A DNA stretch of 58,575 bases from Candidatus Altiarchaeota archaeon (GCA_030609775.1 JAUWTD010000001.1:1-58575); one strand, 5' to 3'. Positions 1 through 9,694 are shown, counted from the stretch's first letter. Notes: generated by a model not told the origin, from the sequence alone. Translations and numbers: made by a program.

Positions 1-193
1 AACCTGAACCTATACCCAAGTTATATTCTGGTTCTGACAAGTCTAGTTCTTCAAAAAAGATTTTATCTAGATTATGTGAATAATGCTGCCCAGTATGTAA
101 AATAAAATATTCCAAACCTTTTTTACATTCTCGTATTAGGGGGGACATTCTTATTATCTCTGGACGGGTTCCTAAAATTATTGCTATTCTCAT
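1..193 (-). CDS. UDP-N-acetylglucosamine 2-epimerase, N-terminal part (continues past window edge)
   Basis: Own minus-strand translation from the ATG at 193: MRIAIILGTRPEIIRMSPLIRECKKGLEYFILHTGQHYSHNLDKIFFEELDLSEPEYNLGIGSG. The GTRPEII-M-P and HTGQHY motifs are typical of this family. It is truncated, so it is absent from the ORF track. Confidence 0.7.
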   Translation of the reverse strand, partial: MRIAIILGTRPEIIRMSPLIRECKKGLEYFILHTGQHYSHNLDKIFFEELDLSEPEYNLGIGSG

Positions 194-200
194 TTTTCCA

Positions 201-1343
201 TTACACCTCATAGATAGGTTCATACGCTTTTGCTATTGTATCCCAAGTATACCTACTTTTAATTAAATTCTCACCAATTTTTGATAAACGTCCAACTAAG
301 TCTTTATCATTAATTAATTTGATTATTGCATCAGATAATCTCTTTTCATTCTTTGGTGGAACCAGCAAAGCAGTATCCTTGAAATGATCTTTAACTCCAG
401 GGAGATCTGTTGCCACCACAGGCAAACCAAAATACATTGCTTCAAGTATTGAAGTAGGTAATCCCTCAGATAGGGAAGGTAAAACAAAAATATCTGCACA
501 TTTGTATGCACTTATTAACTCCATGCCTGAGAGTGAGCCAGTGAGAGTTACATGATCAGTTATTTTTAATGTATTAATTAACTGCTTGGTTTTATCTAAG
601 AAATCACCATCCCCAACCAATACAAGATGAATATCCTCTTCAGTGTTCATACGTACCAAAGGAATAGATTTTAATAAGTAGTCTATACCTTTCCGTTGTA
701 TAACTTGACCAACAAATATAATTACTTTCTTCCCAGCTAATCCATACGTCTGGATGAAAGCAGTATGATCACGACTTTCAAAATTCGAATTTAATTCAGA
801 TAATTTCTCTAAATCAATGGCATTAGGGAGTACATTTATTTTATCAGTATCTATCCCAAAAGAGGATACATATTGCCTATCTGAAGAAGATAAGGTTATT
901 ATATGATCCACAGTCTCAAAAATTTTTCTTCCAATAGTCTTATTATACTGCCGTTCTATCCAATCAGATAGTTTACTGCCGAATATTAGTTGCCCATGGC
1001 ATGTTAAGATTAAGGGCACATCAGTTCTCCTCCGGAAATAAGCTGCGACCATGGCAGCAAAACTGTGTTCATTATGAGTATGTACTATATCAAATTCTTT
1101 AATTTTCTTACTCAAACGAAGTAGATCAGGGACTATTGGATTTCTAAGAGGTCTCGCTAAACATTTATATCGAGTAACTGTTATCCCATCAATGATTTCT
1201 TCACTTTTACTTTGGGGAAAATTCGCTGTCGCAACATGAACCTCATGACCCATCTCCACAAGATATTTACTTAAATTATGGATATACCTCTCCTGACCAC
1301 CAACATACGGAGAAAAATATGGAACAATTTGCAATATTTTCAA
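201..1343 (-). CDS. Glycosyltransferase, GT4 (GT-B) family
   Basis: 380 aa. The N-terminus MKILQIVPYFSPYVGGQERY and the C-terminal EGLPTSILEAMYFGLPVVATD (E-x7-E region) are typical of GT4 enzymes. Confidence 0.8.
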   Translation of the reverse strand: MKILQIVPYFSPYVGGQERYIHNLSKYLVEMGHEVHVATANFPQSKSEEIIDGITVTRYKCLARPLRNPIVPDLLRLSKKIKEFDIVHTHNEHSFAAMVAAYFRRRTDVPLILTCHGQLIFGSKLSDWIERQYNKTIGRKIFETVDHIITLSSSDRQYVSSFGIDTDKINVLPNAIDLEKLSELNSNFESRDHTAFIQTYGLAGKKVIIFVGQVIQRKGIDYLLKSIPLVRMNTEEDIHLVLVGDGDFLDKTKQLINTLKITDHVTLTGSLSGMELISAYKCADIFVLPSLSEGLPTSILEAMYFGLPVVATDLPGVKDHFKDTALLVPPKNEKRLSDAIIKLINDKDLVGRLSKIGENLIKSRYTWDTIAKAYEPIYEV

Positions 1344-1370
1344 ACAAAATCACCAAAATAACTCTACTAA

Positions 1371-1715
1371 CTAAAGGTCACCCTTCTTCTTAGGATTATT
1401 AAGCGCCTCCTCTCTTACAATGGCGCGTATCTTTTTTTCGTTTTTCCTCATGAAATCATGTTGATAGAAAAGCAACGCAAAAGTCGCCATGAAAGCAGTA
1501 ATCATAAAAAGATTCATCAAATCCATAACACCCAGAGGATTCAGGAAATACCTTGCAGCCTCCGGAAACAAAACCAGTCCCAGGAAAATAATCCATATAA
1601 TCATCCAGAAAACGAAGTCGGTTTTCGGGTAATCTCCTCTTCGATAGAAAAGAAACGTGAAATAACTCATCGCTAATCCAAAGACTGCACCCAAGATCTG
1701 TATACCTGCAATCAT
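1371..1715 (-). CDS. Small multi-pass membrane protein, DUF2304-like, partner of the adjacent GT2
   Basis: 114 aa with about 4 hydrophobic helices and a basic C-terminal tail. It lies 1 nt downstream of a GT2 gene, the usual DUF2304 context. Ends in TAG. Confidence 0.45.
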   Translation of the reverse strand: MIAGIQILGAVFGLAMSYFTFLFYRRGDYPKTDFVFWMIIWIIFLGLVLFPEAARYFLNPLGVMDLMNLFMITAFMATFALLFYQHDFMRKNEKKIRAIVREEALNNPKKKGDL

Positions 1716-1716
1716 C

Positions 1717-2373
1717 CTACTTTGTGATCCTCCACCAGAGCATACTTAAAAAAATCCGGAGTCCGTCGACGACTGTGGTGCCTTTATAGTTACCATGATA
1801 AACGGTTTCAATGGAGAGTTCTTTATGGGCTAAACCATGGCGAGCCGCATTCGCGATCATCTCGGCTTCCGCTCGATAATCATGAGAACCCCACTTTAGT
1901 TTCTTGTATGCGTCCCGGGTAAAAACCCTGAACCCCGACTGAGTGTCTCCAATATGAATCCCGAAGAGCAGACGAGTCGAGGTGGTGAGCCACCAGTTCC
2001 CTGCGCGAAGAATGAAAGGCATGTCCGCGTTCAATTGTCTGGAACCGAAGACAATATCCAGGTCCTCGTTCCTGAGGGCGTCAAGGAAACGAGGAATATC
2101 CGCAGGATCATGCTGATTATCTGCATCCAAGGTCACAATGACTTCAGCACCCTCTCTTAAGGCAGCTTCGATGCCGGTCACCAAGGAAAAACCTTTATGC
2201 ATGTTAATACTATGCCGCAAAACCACATCAGCCGCACCCGCGTTAACGAAGGTGCTGTCACGGGAACCGTCGTCTACTACGACCACAGAATCCACGTACT
2301 GTTTCGCGTCTTCTACGACCTGAGCAATCGAACCCTCCTCATTATGAGCGGGAATTACAGCAACAACCTTCAT
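1717..2373 (-). CDS. Glycosyltransferase family 2 (dolichyl-phosphate sugar synthase-like)
   Basis: 218 aa with VIPAHNEE, VVVDDGSRDST and LDADNQHDP (DxD region) motifs of GT-A/GT2 enzymes. Ends in TAG. Confidence 0.8.
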   Translation of the reverse strand: MKVVAVIPAHNEEGSIAQVVEDAKQYVDSVVVVDDGSRDSTFVNAGAADVVLRHSINMHKGFSLVTGIEAALREGAEVIVTLDADNQHDPADIPRFLDALRNEDLDIVFGSRQLNADMPFILRAGNWWLTTSTRLLFGIHIGDTQSGFRVFTRDAYKKLKWGSHDYRAEAEMIANAARHGLAHKELSIETVYHGNYKGTTVVDGLRIFLSMLWWRITK

Positions 2374-2649
2374 TTTCTATTTTAGTATCCTCGACAACCA
2401 TATAAAAAAAATGTATCAAAAAAATAGCAGATAACTGAATAAAATATGGATTAAGATTATATAAATTGAGTATGTTTATACTTTTTCCGTTAAAACAAAA
2501 CAACAACAAAAACAAAAAAACGTGATACTCCGGATAGTTTCTGAACTTCACATAGGTTACCACCACCACAAATTATTCCAGAAAAAAAACTGCCAACACA
2601 CACAAATACCTAAGTTTTCCCTGATTTTTCCTCACAGCATTATATAATC

Positions 2650-2742
2650 GACCTGCCTTTTGTTACAACAGGATATCACGTATCTTCATCACATCCCCGT
2701 CTGTTGGATAATTATGTTTCATTTCAAAAACTAAAATATTTG
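2650..2742 (-). pseudogene. Remnant of a hicA toxin gene 5' end plus its upstream region
   Basis: Aligns with 10042-10165 (intact hicA start and promoter region), apart from an internal deletion of about 29 nt. The remnant reads ..VMKIRDILL-stop, against MNVMKIRDILKIIK in the intact gene. Confidence 0.6.
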
Positions 2743-3005
2743 GTGTGGTCCTTTTATTGACTAAACTTGGGTACCGCCTAACCCCTCCAAAAAGATCCAA
2801 TCATATACTCTGCGTTATAGACACCCCCCGATAGGGTTATGAGAGAAGATAAAGGTTTTAAAGGGTGACCTGCATTAGGTTTAGGATTAAATATAGGTCC
2901 AATCTAATGTATTACTAACGTATTGTACGCACATATAACACCCAAACTGCACCCACATATACATGCAAACTGCAACCACTAATTCTCAAAAGAAACATTA
3001 TAACA

Positions 3006-4067
3006 ATGAAAAAAACGAAAAAAACATCAGAAAACACAGGTCACACAGACAAGGTCCTCCAAAAAAAATGGGGCGACGTTAAAACAGAGAAAGAAAAAAT
3101 AGAGAAAAAATTAGACCAAATCACCGGATCAATCAAAGACCTAAGCGGACACAAAGAAAAAATAGAGAAAATAAAGGACAACAAAAAAAGAAAACACAAA
3201 CACGGAGAAGAAATAGATTCATGGATCAAGGGGGAAAAAGGCATAAAAACAAGAGAAGACCCGACAATAAAAGACATCCGACGGATGAGCACGACGACAT
3301 TATATGTCACATACATTCTATTAGTGTCAGCCGAATTAATGATGCTCTACGATGTAGGGTTAGGTATCATAATCCACTCAGTCACGCTTCTAGGGCTTGC
3401 GGCAGGATCAACGACAGCATACAAACGCCAAATCAATTTAGAACATAAACTATCCAATAAATACATTGATGCAGCAAACCTGCTTAAAGCACTTATGCTG
3501 CTCCCGTTAATTCGGATATTTGCGTTCACTATGCCGCTTATGTTCTTTAGGAAAATATATTGGTTCCTATTGATAAGCATACCTATGCTGATAGCAGTGA
3601 TAATACTTTCAAGAAACCTCAAACTCAAAAAAGAAGAAATCGGGTTAATCTGGGGGAAACCCGGCATACAAATCCCCGTTATATTATGCGGGATACTGTT
3701 CGGGTTCACAGAATACCTGCTGCTAAAACCTGCACCAATGATAGACTCACTAAACCTAGTAAATATACTAGTGCCTGCAATCATCCTCATAACCTTCACC
3801 GGATTCACCGAAGAACTCATCTTCCGAGGAATCATACAAACCATATCAACAAAAATATTCGGAGCAGTGAACGGAATACTGTATACAAGCATAATATTTA
3901 CGGCCATGCACGTAGGGTTTAACTCAATGCCTCACATGCTATTCGTCCTATTAGTGTCAATATTCTACGGCACAGTATTCTACAAAACCAAAGCACTAAG
4001 CGGAGTAATATTATCCCACGGATTAAGTAATGTTATACTACTCCTGGTAGCGCCATTTGTCATATAA
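3006..4067 (+). CDS. CPBP-family intramembrane glutamic endopeptidase (CAAX protease-like) with a Lys-rich N-terminal extension
   Basis: 353 aa. Motifs occur in order: TEELIFRG (EExxxR), FTAMH (FxxxH) and SHGLSN (HxxxN/D), within a multi-pass membrane region. The first ~100 aa are K/E-rich. Confidence 0.75.
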   Translation: MKKTKKTSENTGHTDKVLQKKWGDVKTEKEKIEKKLDQITGSIKDLSGHKEKIEKIKDNKKRKHKHGEEIDSWIKGEKGIKTREDPTIKDIRRMSTTTLYVTYILLVSAELMMLYDVGLGIIIHSVTLLGLAAGSTTAYKRQINLEHKLSNKYIDAANLLKALMLLPLIRIFAFTMPLMFFRKIYWFLLISIPMLIAVIILSRNLKLKKEEIGLIWGKPGIQIPVILCGILFGFTEYLLLKPAPMIDSLNLVNILVPAIILITFTGFTEELIFRGIIQTISTKIFGAVNGILYTSIIFTAMHVGFNSMPHMLFVLLVSIFYGTVFYKTKALSGVILSHGLSNVILLLVAPFVI

Positions 4068-4076
4068 AAAAAAAAA

Positions 4077-4346
4077 TCAGATATATAATACTTCAACTAC
4101 ACGATACAGGGTAGTAACAAAGAAGATAAAGAACAACGGATAGATTGCTATATCTAACGCAGAAACAAAATGCCCGTGATGGGATACATTATCTACAGTA
4201 TCATCTGCGCTGGCCGTGCTAAGAAGCTCCCTCATGATAAGTGCTATGACTAACACAACCGTGACCACGCCATTAAATACAAGAAAATCCGAGACAGAAA
4301 CCGCCTCAACCATCGCACCAGTAGCCGGCGTAATAGTGAACATCAT
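4077..4346 (-). CDS. Hypothetical small membrane protein
   Basis: 89-aa ORF with two hydrophobic segments that fills an otherwise empty gap. No recognisable motif. Confidence 0.3.
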   Translation of the reverse strand: MMFTITPATGAMVEAVSVSDFLVFNGVVTVVLVIALIMRELLSTASADDTVDNVSHHGHFVSALDIAIYPLFFIFFVTTLYRVVEVLYI

Positions 4347-4466
4347 AATATTAAATATAATATAAACAATACATAAAAGTTACAGAGCATATATTGAACA
4401 ATATGCCAATATATAACAACCTAAAACAGAATAAATAGTATTAAGGCAAGGGGTGGCCTAGAGACT

Positions 4467-6644
4467 ATGCAAAAAACATTAATTCTAATATTTTCTTTGA
4501 TATTGTTACTGCAAACAAACACTGCAGAAGACAGCTTCCAGCAGAGCATAGACGAAATCGGTTTACTGTGGACATATAAAGCAGGAGACAGCATAACCGC
4601 CCAGCCCACGGTCGCAGACATAACAGGAGACAACCGAAAAGAAATACTCTTCGGATCATGGGACGGCAAACTATACACACTAGACACAGACGGAAACATG
4701 CTGTGGACCTACCAGACAGGGAACAGCATAAGCAGCCAGCCCACGGTCGCAGACATAACAGGAGACAACCGAAAAGAAATACTCTTTGGATCATGGGACG
4801 GCAAACTATACACACTAGACGCAGACGGAAACACCCTGTGGACCTATGAAACATGTGGACGCATAACCAGTCAGCCAACTATACTATACCCTGCCGCCGA
4901 CCCAGTCCACAACCAGAGAATGGAGATAATATTCGGATCATGGGACGGCAACCTATATGCATTAAACGCCCAAGGAGAAAAAACGTGGAGCCATGCAACC
5001 TTAGGAGAGATAGAGCACAGGGCAGTTGTTGCAGATGCAAACTATGATAAACGAATGGAAGTAATATTTGAATCAAATGACAACAGCATATATGGAGTAG
5101 ACCACCTCGAAGAAAAAACATGGACCTACCAGGCAGACAGCGACATAGTGTCTGCTCCGGTGATTGAAGATTTAGATAATAATGGAAGAAATGAAATAAT
5201 CATCGGGTCACGGGAGGGAGGAATATATTGTTTAGACTACAGCGAATACGAAAAACAAACCGGCACAAAATGCACGATGCTTAAATGTGTTCCGGAATAC
5301 ACTACTTATGCATCAATCACGCAAAGATGGAATCACCGAATAGAAGAAGAACAGATTGATTCATTAACGGCAGCAGACCTAGACAACGACGGACAATTTG
5401 AGATAATCTATAGCATGATACACTGGGACCGCCACATAATCGACCAAGGCATCCGCATACTAGACAAAAACGGAGACCTCATAAAAAAATACACAACCAA
5501 CGGACGCATAACTGCTCAACCAGAGATTGCAGACCTAGACGGAGACGGATTCCCTGAAATAATCACTGGAACAGACCGAGGCATAATATACATACTAAAC
5601 GCTGCAGGAGATGCCCAGTGGAGCTACAAGATAGATGCACCAATCAAGGCATCACCTATAGCTGCCGACCTAAACGGCGACGGCGCACTAGAAATAATCG
5701 TAGGCTCAGATGACGGCAGACTCTACGTATTCAGCTCAATTAAGGACTCAGACGGAGATGGACTACGGGACTGTGTAGAATACCTGATGGGAACCAACCA
5801 AACAGAATACGACACAGACGGAGACGGACTAAACGATTCAAGTGACCCGCATCCAATAGAACACGAACTAACACTAATAGACTCAGACCAAGACGGACTA
5901 AACGACTACGAAGAAGGGATACTTAGAACCAATATATACAGCAGTGACTCAGACGGAGACGGACTAAACGATTCAAGTGACCCGCATCCACTAAAACACG
6001 AATTAACATTCATTGACTCAGACCAAGACGGACTAAACGACTACGAAGAAGGGATACTTGGAACAGATACACACAATAGTGACACAGACGGAGACGGACT
6101 AAACGATTCAAGTGACCCGCATCCACTAAAACATGAATTATCATTCATTGACTCAGACGGAGACGGAGTAAACGACTACAAAGAAGGAATACTTGGAACA
6201 GATATACATAGCGGTGACACAGACGGAGACGGATTAAGTGATTCAGTTGACCCGCATCCACTAGAAGATGAATCCATAATTGTGCTATATCGTAGTGGAT
6301 CAAGTAATCCAAAACAAAACGACTCAGATGGTTTGCCGGTGATACTTTTTGCAGCAGGTATGATGGGGTTAGTGATGGTTGCAAGAAAACTAGAAGAGGA
6401 TCCGTCGGTTGCAGAGATGATGCACATAACCCAGAACATAACGAAAACAAAAAAAGAGTTAAGGAACATAGAAAAAAAACTAAACGAAGAAAAAAGAATA
6501 CTACTAGAAAAATACCATGACATAGGTAGAGTAGAGGACTGGCTAAGAGAATTCGACGCAGACATAGAAAAAGAGGTCCATAAAATACTTTTAGAAGAAA
6601 AACTGATGGCGTGGGATACCCTCGTTTGTGAAGAAACCACATAA
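4467..6644 (+). CDS. Large surface protein: signal peptide, PQQ/FG-GAP-like beta-propeller repeats, thrombospondin-type-3-like Ca-binding repeats, TM helix, cytoplasmic coiled-coil tail
   Basis: 725 aa. Repeated motifs are SQPTVADITGDNRKEILFGSWDGKLYTLD..DGN.LWTY and ADLDGDG.PEII.G..DG.IY. There are four DxDGDGLNDSSDPHP units. A late hydrophobic helix (LPVILFAAGMMGLVMVA) is followed by a K/E-rich tail. Confidence 0.7.
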   Translation: MQKTLILIFSLILLLQTNTAEDSFQQSIDEIGLLWTYKAGDSITAQPTVADITGDNRKEILFGSWDGKLYTLDTDGNMLWTYQTGNSISSQPTVADITGDNRKEILFGSWDGKLYTLDADGNTLWTYETCGRITSQPTILYPAADPVHNQRMEIIFGSWDGNLYALNAQGEKTWSHATLGEIEHRAVVADANYDKRMEVIFESNDNSIYGVDHLEEKTWTYQADSDIVSAPVIEDLDNNGRNEIIIGSREGGIYCLDYSEYEKQTGTKCTMLKCVPEYTTYASITQRWNHRIEEEQIDSLTAADLDNDGQFEIIYSMIHWDRHIIDQGIRILDKNGDLIKKYTTNGRITAQPEIADLDGDGFPEIITGTDRGIIYILNAAGDAQWSYKIDAPIKASPIAADLNGDGALEIIVGSDDGRLYVFSSIKDSDGDGLRDCVEYLMGTNQTEYDTDGDGLNDSSDPHPIEHELTLIDSDQDGLNDYEEGILRTNIYSSDSDGDGLNDSSDPHPLKHELTFIDSDQDGLNDYEEGILGTDTHNSDTDGDGLNDSSDPHPLKHELSFIDSDGDGVNDYKEGILGTDIHSGDTDGDGLSDSVDPHPLEDESIIVLYRSGSSNPKQNDSDGLPVILFAAGMMGLVMVARKLEEDPSVAEMMHITQNITKTKKELRNIEKKLNEEKRILLEKYHDIGRVEDWLREFDADIEKEVHKILLEEKLMAWDTLVCEETT
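4601..4825 (+). repeat. Near-identical 90-nt stretches at 135-bp (45-aa) period inside the propeller region
   Basis: ccagcccacggtcgcagacataacaggagacaaccgaaaagaaatactct..ggatcatgggacggcaaactatacacactagac occurs at 4601 and again at 4736. Confidence 0.85.
5811..6270 (+). repeat. About 3.4 tandem copies of a 135-bp (45-aa) unit encoding DTDGDGLNDSSDPHP..IDSDQDGLNDYEEGILGT
   Basis: The unit starts gac(a/t)cagacggagacgga at 5811, 5946, 6081 and 6216, an exact 135-nt spacing. Confidence 0.9.
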
Positions 6645-6698
6645 AAAAAACAGACAGTATTTATATAATGAACAACAATATATTACGTTGATTAAAAA

Positions 6699-7232
6699 AT
6701 GAATAAAAAAATAAGAACCATAGCCAGTTTAATGATCATAATATTGATTGCAGGCATCGGAAATGCTACCAACTTCGAATTTGTATTAGAAACAAGACTA
6801 ACATCTGACGGTAACTATGAAGCCGTAGACAAATTCAACATCAATGAAGACGTATACGCATACGGAGACGGTTTTAAAGGCATAAAAAAAGAGGATTATC
6901 CATGGAAAACACTTGATGTTTACATCGTCCCCGTCAAATATGACTGGGCCGACGGAGATGATATAACAGAACACGGGGTCATTAACGTTGAAACATTCAA
7001 GAAAAGTGACTTCAACAAAAACCATAACCTGATGTGGGAGAGCCCGCTCAAAACAGGGAAATTTGATGTAATCGTCGACGATAACCGGGATGGGATATAC
7101 AACAGCACAACTGACGCAGTTGACAGCGCAACCTCTTATGGTTTCGAAGTTGTCCCGGAGTTAGGCACCATGACCTTGATGGGTTTAGGTTTGGCTTCAA
7201 TGATAGGATACATTAAAGTACGCAAACCCTAA
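6699..7232 (+). CDS. Secreted protein with a PEP-CTERM-like C-terminal sorting signal (putative exosortase/archaeosortase substrate)
   Basis: 177 aa with an N-terminal signal/TM segment. The C-terminus VVPELGTMTLMGLGLASMIGYIKVRKP has a VPE-x motif, a hydrophobic helix and a basic tail. The sortase-like gene starts 16 nt downstream. Confidence 0.65.
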   Translation: MNKKIRTIASLMIIILIAGIGNATNFEFVLETRLTSDGNYEAVDKFNINEDVYAYGDGFKGIKKEDYPWKTLDVYIVPVKYDWADGDDITEHGVINVETFKKSDFNKNHNLMWESPLKTGKFDVIVDDNRDGIYNSTTDAVDSATSYGFEVVPELGTMTLMGLGLASMIGYIKVRKP

Positions 7233-7247
7233 AAAAGGGATAAAAAT

Positions 7248-8057
7248 ATGGACTACAGCAAAGCCATAATTATCCTGCTTTTATCCTTATTTTATCTACC
7301 AGTATTCTCTGCATTAACCAGTTCCTGGCAAATAAACCCCTACTACAGCCACGGATTCCTTGTACCCGCAATATCTGCTTATTTCATCTGGAAAAAAAAG
7401 AATCTGTTAAAGTACGCGGATCAGGATTTCGGTTACGGGACAAAGATACTTGCAGCCGGATTAGCTCTCTATGGAATAGGGATACTCTACAAGTCACTGT
7501 TTTTGACAGGGTTATCTTTCATAATCACGTTATCCGGGCTGATTACGTGCTTTTACGGGAAACCCGTGCTACGTAAGCTCATGTTTCCAATAGGTTTCCT
7601 GTTATTTATGATCCCGCTGCCGTTCATAGACTACCTAAGCTTTTATATGCAGTCACTTACAGCTTTTTGTTCAGCAACAATACTGCAAACAGTAGGGATA
7701 CCAGTAACCACCACCGCATCCCAGATACGCCTAGAAAATATGTTTTTTGTGATAGGTGAACCCTGCAGCGGAATGAGGACACTGATATCACTTCTTGCAG
7801 TATCTGCAGTCTACATATACCTTATTGAGGGAAGCCTCGGGAAAAAACTTATTTTATTTCTGAGTGTTTTCCCGGCAGCCGCCGCCGCCAATATTTTAAG
7901 GGTGTCTTCCATATTAGTGATAGCCAATTATTATGGAAGAGACGCCGCCATGACGTTATTCCATGATTTCTCCAGCCTGATTTTGTTTTTACTTGCATTC
8001 ATGTTCTTAATATTATTCAGTAGGTGTATAGGATGCTCAAATCCCAGGAATATATAA
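7248..8057 (+). CDS. Exosortase/archaeosortase family protein
   Basis: 269 aa, multi-pass. It has the N-terminal YYSHGFLVPAISAYFIWKKK, the candidate catalytic Cys in GEPCSGMRTL, Arg in NILRV and His in FHDFSS, in the order expected for the family. Confidence 0.75.
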   Translation: MDYSKAIIILLLSLFYLPVFSALTSSWQINPYYSHGFLVPAISAYFIWKKKNLLKYADQDFGYGTKILAAGLALYGIGILYKSLFLTGLSFIITLSGLITCFYGKPVLRKLMFPIGFLLFMIPLPFIDYLSFYMQSLTAFCSATILQTVGIPVTTTASQIRLENMFFVIGEPCSGMRTLISLLAVSAVYIYLIEGSLGKKLILFLSVFPAAAAANILRVSSILVIANYYGRDAAMTLFHDFSSLILFLLAFMFLILFSRCIGCSNPRNI

Positions 8058-8812
8058 CAGTAATAGGCCTGTTTCTGCTTGTAGGAGCATGCATCATACT
8101 ATTATCGACACCCGAAGACATATTCTCCAACATGATGGTAATAGACGTCAGCCGAACACATAAAACACAATACGAGATGCTTGTGACAACCATCTTCGAC
8201 TTCAAAAACACCGAAGAATTAAAGAACCTACCCAAAAACATCAGCGGACTACATTCACGAAACATAGAGACTACTAAAACAGAACAAAAAATGGGCGCCA
8301 TAATGAAGAGAATGTACAGCAACAGCACCGACGGCGTATTATTCATGATATTATCCAGTGAAAACATGAGCGCATTCCACAACCTAGAAATATGTTACGG
8401 AGGCCGATGGAATATCACAGAAAACGATGTCACACCCATCAAGATACGACGACTAGGAGAGGCAGGATTCCACAACATACACGTAAACAAATTCATCACC
8501 CAACGAGGAAACCTCGAAATGGTTGTATTACATTGGTTCATGTGGGAGGGAGGGATCATCCGAAACGAAAAAAATTATGTGCTACTACAGGTTGCAGCAC
8601 CCATTAAGGAAAATAAAGAAGAAACAATAAACCTAACAAAAAAATTCACCTCAGACTTCTTCCTCAGAGTCTATAAGCCCGTAACTAAATCAGAGATCAT
8701 CGGAAAACAACTGATAAACAAGTATGGGTTATTGGGCGTATTCATAGATATATTATTTATCCTATTACCCGCATCCATGATATTCAACACAAAAATAATC
8801 AAACAAAGATGA
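8024..8812 (+). CDS. EpsI-like exosortase-associated protein (N-terminal TM plus extracytoplasmic domain)
   Basis: 262 aa. It overlaps the sortase gene by 34 nt, so the start is uncertain. FHNLEICYGGRWNI resembles the H-x-P-x-x-C-x-x-G-x-G-W core of the EpsI family. Confidence 0.5.
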   Translation: MYRMLKSQEYITVIGLFLLVGACIILLSTPEDIFSNMMVIDVSRTHKTQYEMLVTTIFDFKNTEELKNLPKNISGLHSRNIETTKTEQKMGAIMKRMYSNSTDGVLFMILSSENMSAFHNLEICYGGRWNITENDVTPIKIRRLGEAGFHNIHVNKFITQRGNLEMVVLHWFMWEGGIIRNEKNYVLLQVAAPIKENKEETINLTKKFTSDFFLRVYKPVTKSEIIGKQLINKYGLLGVFIDILFILLPASMIFNTKIIKQR

Positions 8813-9648
8813 CCAAAAAGATTCCATTAGACCTATTGATAGTATCGGCGACAGTGATAGCAACAATCCTTTTCGTGCTGGTGCCGCCGCTAAATGAAAC
8901 ATTCATCAGAACATTACTTGGATTAGTTACAGTACTGTTCCTGCCCGGGTACTCGCTAACCTGCGCATTATTCCCAAAGAAAAAAGACCTAGACGAAATA
9001 GAACGAATCGCGTTAAGCTTCGGGTTAAGCATAGCAGTAACCCCGCTACTAGGACTAATCCTGAATTACACACCCTTTGGCATACGGCTGACACCCATCC
9101 TAATCACCCTCTGTGCATTCACAATAGCCTGCACCATAACAGCACACATAAGACGAATGAAAGTAGATGAAAAAGAACGATTCAACCCGTCTTTTAAGTG
9201 CAAGATACAGATGCCAGAAAAAAAAATAGACCAAATACTCACAATCATACTAATATGCTCCATCCTGGCATCAATAACCGCCGTAGTATATGTGATAATC
9301 ACACCAAAGCAAGGGGAAAAATTCACAGAATTCTATGTACTCGGACCAGGAGGAATGGCATATGACTACCCTAGAAACATGCAAACAGGCGAAAACACAA
9401 CCGTGATTCTGGGAGTGGTAAACCATGAATACATACAAACAGGTTACTTGATCCAGGTGCTCTGGGAAAACTTAACAATAAAGCAGATACCAATTCAATT
9501 AGACCACAACCAAACCTTTGAAAGAAATGTAACGGTTGCTCCAATAGAAAACGGAACACAAAAACTCCGATTCATACTATACAAAGAAAACCTAACCGAA
9601 GCATACCGGACACTACACCTCATAATTGAAGTAACAACTGAAGTATAA
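8809..9648 (+). CDS. DUF1616-like archaeal membrane protein
   Basis: 279 aa. FLPGYSLTCALFPKKKDLDEIERIALSFGLSIAVTPLLGLILNYTPFGIRL matches the conserved DUF1616 N-terminal block. ATGA overlap with the upstream gene. Confidence 0.6.
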   Translation: MTKKIPLDLLIVSATVIATILFVLVPPLNETFIRTLLGLVTVLFLPGYSLTCALFPKKKDLDEIERIALSFGLSIAVTPLLGLILNYTPFGIRLTPILITLCAFTIACTITAHIRRMKVDEKERFNPSFKCKIQMPEKKIDQILTIILICSILASITAVVYVIITPKQGEKFTEFYVLGPGGMAYDYPRNMQTGENTTVILGVVNHEYIQTGYLIQVLWENLTIKQIPIQLDHNQTFERNVTVAPIENGTQKLRFILYKENLTEAYRTLHLIIEVTTEV

Positions 9649-9694
9649 TCATGTTTCAACAATTTGTAGATAGAGTAAAAATTGAGTTGATGTT

